This document shows positions 16,867 to 17,075 of a stretch of 17,075 nucleotides of DNA, piece after piece; the first letter of the stretch is position 1, and each line of letters starts with the position of its first letter. Location of the stretch: UHGV virus genome UHGV-2091278; one strand, written 5' to 3'. Below the pieces are notes generated by a model that saw only the letters and a program-made list of their open reading frames with translations, did no database searches and was not told the origin of the DNA. The stretch comes from a virus. The translations under genes and the position numbers were made by a program.

Positions 16867-17011
16867 GGTGCCCTCACCGACTTGAAACAGTGATCAGACT
16901 ATAAGACAAAGCCCACAATGTAGCGGGCTTACTCCCCTCTCCCTCCACCGAATGTGGACACATAGTGGAACAAAGAGAGATAAAATATTATAAATCAATC
17001 GGTTATTGAAA

Positions 17012-17039
17012 GAAAAAAGGCCGCAGAGCGGCCTTTTTA
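17012..17039. terminator. Bidirectional intrinsic terminator
   Basis: A-run, stem GGCCGC / GCGGCC with AGAG loop, then TTTTT. Confidence 0.55.
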
Positions 17040-17050
17040 GTTAGATCAGA

Positions 17051-17075
17051 TTACTCGTCTTTGGGCGAAGCGTTT
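17051..17075 (-). CDS. Extreme 3' end of an unidentified minus-strand gene continuing beyond the window
   Basis: Minus-strand frame ...NASPKDE followed by TAA (plus-strand TTA at 17051-17053) and then the 17012-17039 terminator; only 8 codons visible. Confidence 0.25.

Noticed and set aside
1-17075. Integrase, DNA invertase, transposase, tRNA or rRNA genes
   Set aside because: Looked for them on both strands; no ORF or structure in the window supports any of these.

Overview
This window reads as the tail and late-gene end of a P2-family myovirus prophage (or a tail-only derivative) in an enterobacterial-type genome. All family assignments are from reading the six-frame translations against remembered P2 proteins; no database search was run. 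On the + strand: the 3' part of an esterase-like gene, then R-S-V-W-J-I-H-G (tail completion, baseplate, tail fibre, fibre chaperone), with start/stop overlaps typical of coupled phage operons. On the - strand: FI (sheath), FII (tube), E/E' (frameshift chaperone), T (tape measure), U. Back on the + strand: D and an Ogr-like zinc-finger late activator. This is not collinear with canonical P2, where FI-FII-E-T-U-D run in the same direction as the baseplate genes. Two visibly A+T-rich, independently oriented cargo genes sit in the module junctions: a hexapeptide-repeat serine-acetyltransferase-like gene (7469-8074, -) between G and U, and a DUF2971-like gene (15173-16036, -) between D and ogr. 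A Hok-family type I toxin ORF (16605-16745, +) with an overlapping mok-like frame and strong terminator follows ogr. These three are the best candidates for an accessory or anti-phage system; the DUF2971-like gene is the most interesting. No integrase, invertase, tRNA, CRISPR array or head/lysis genes are present in the window.
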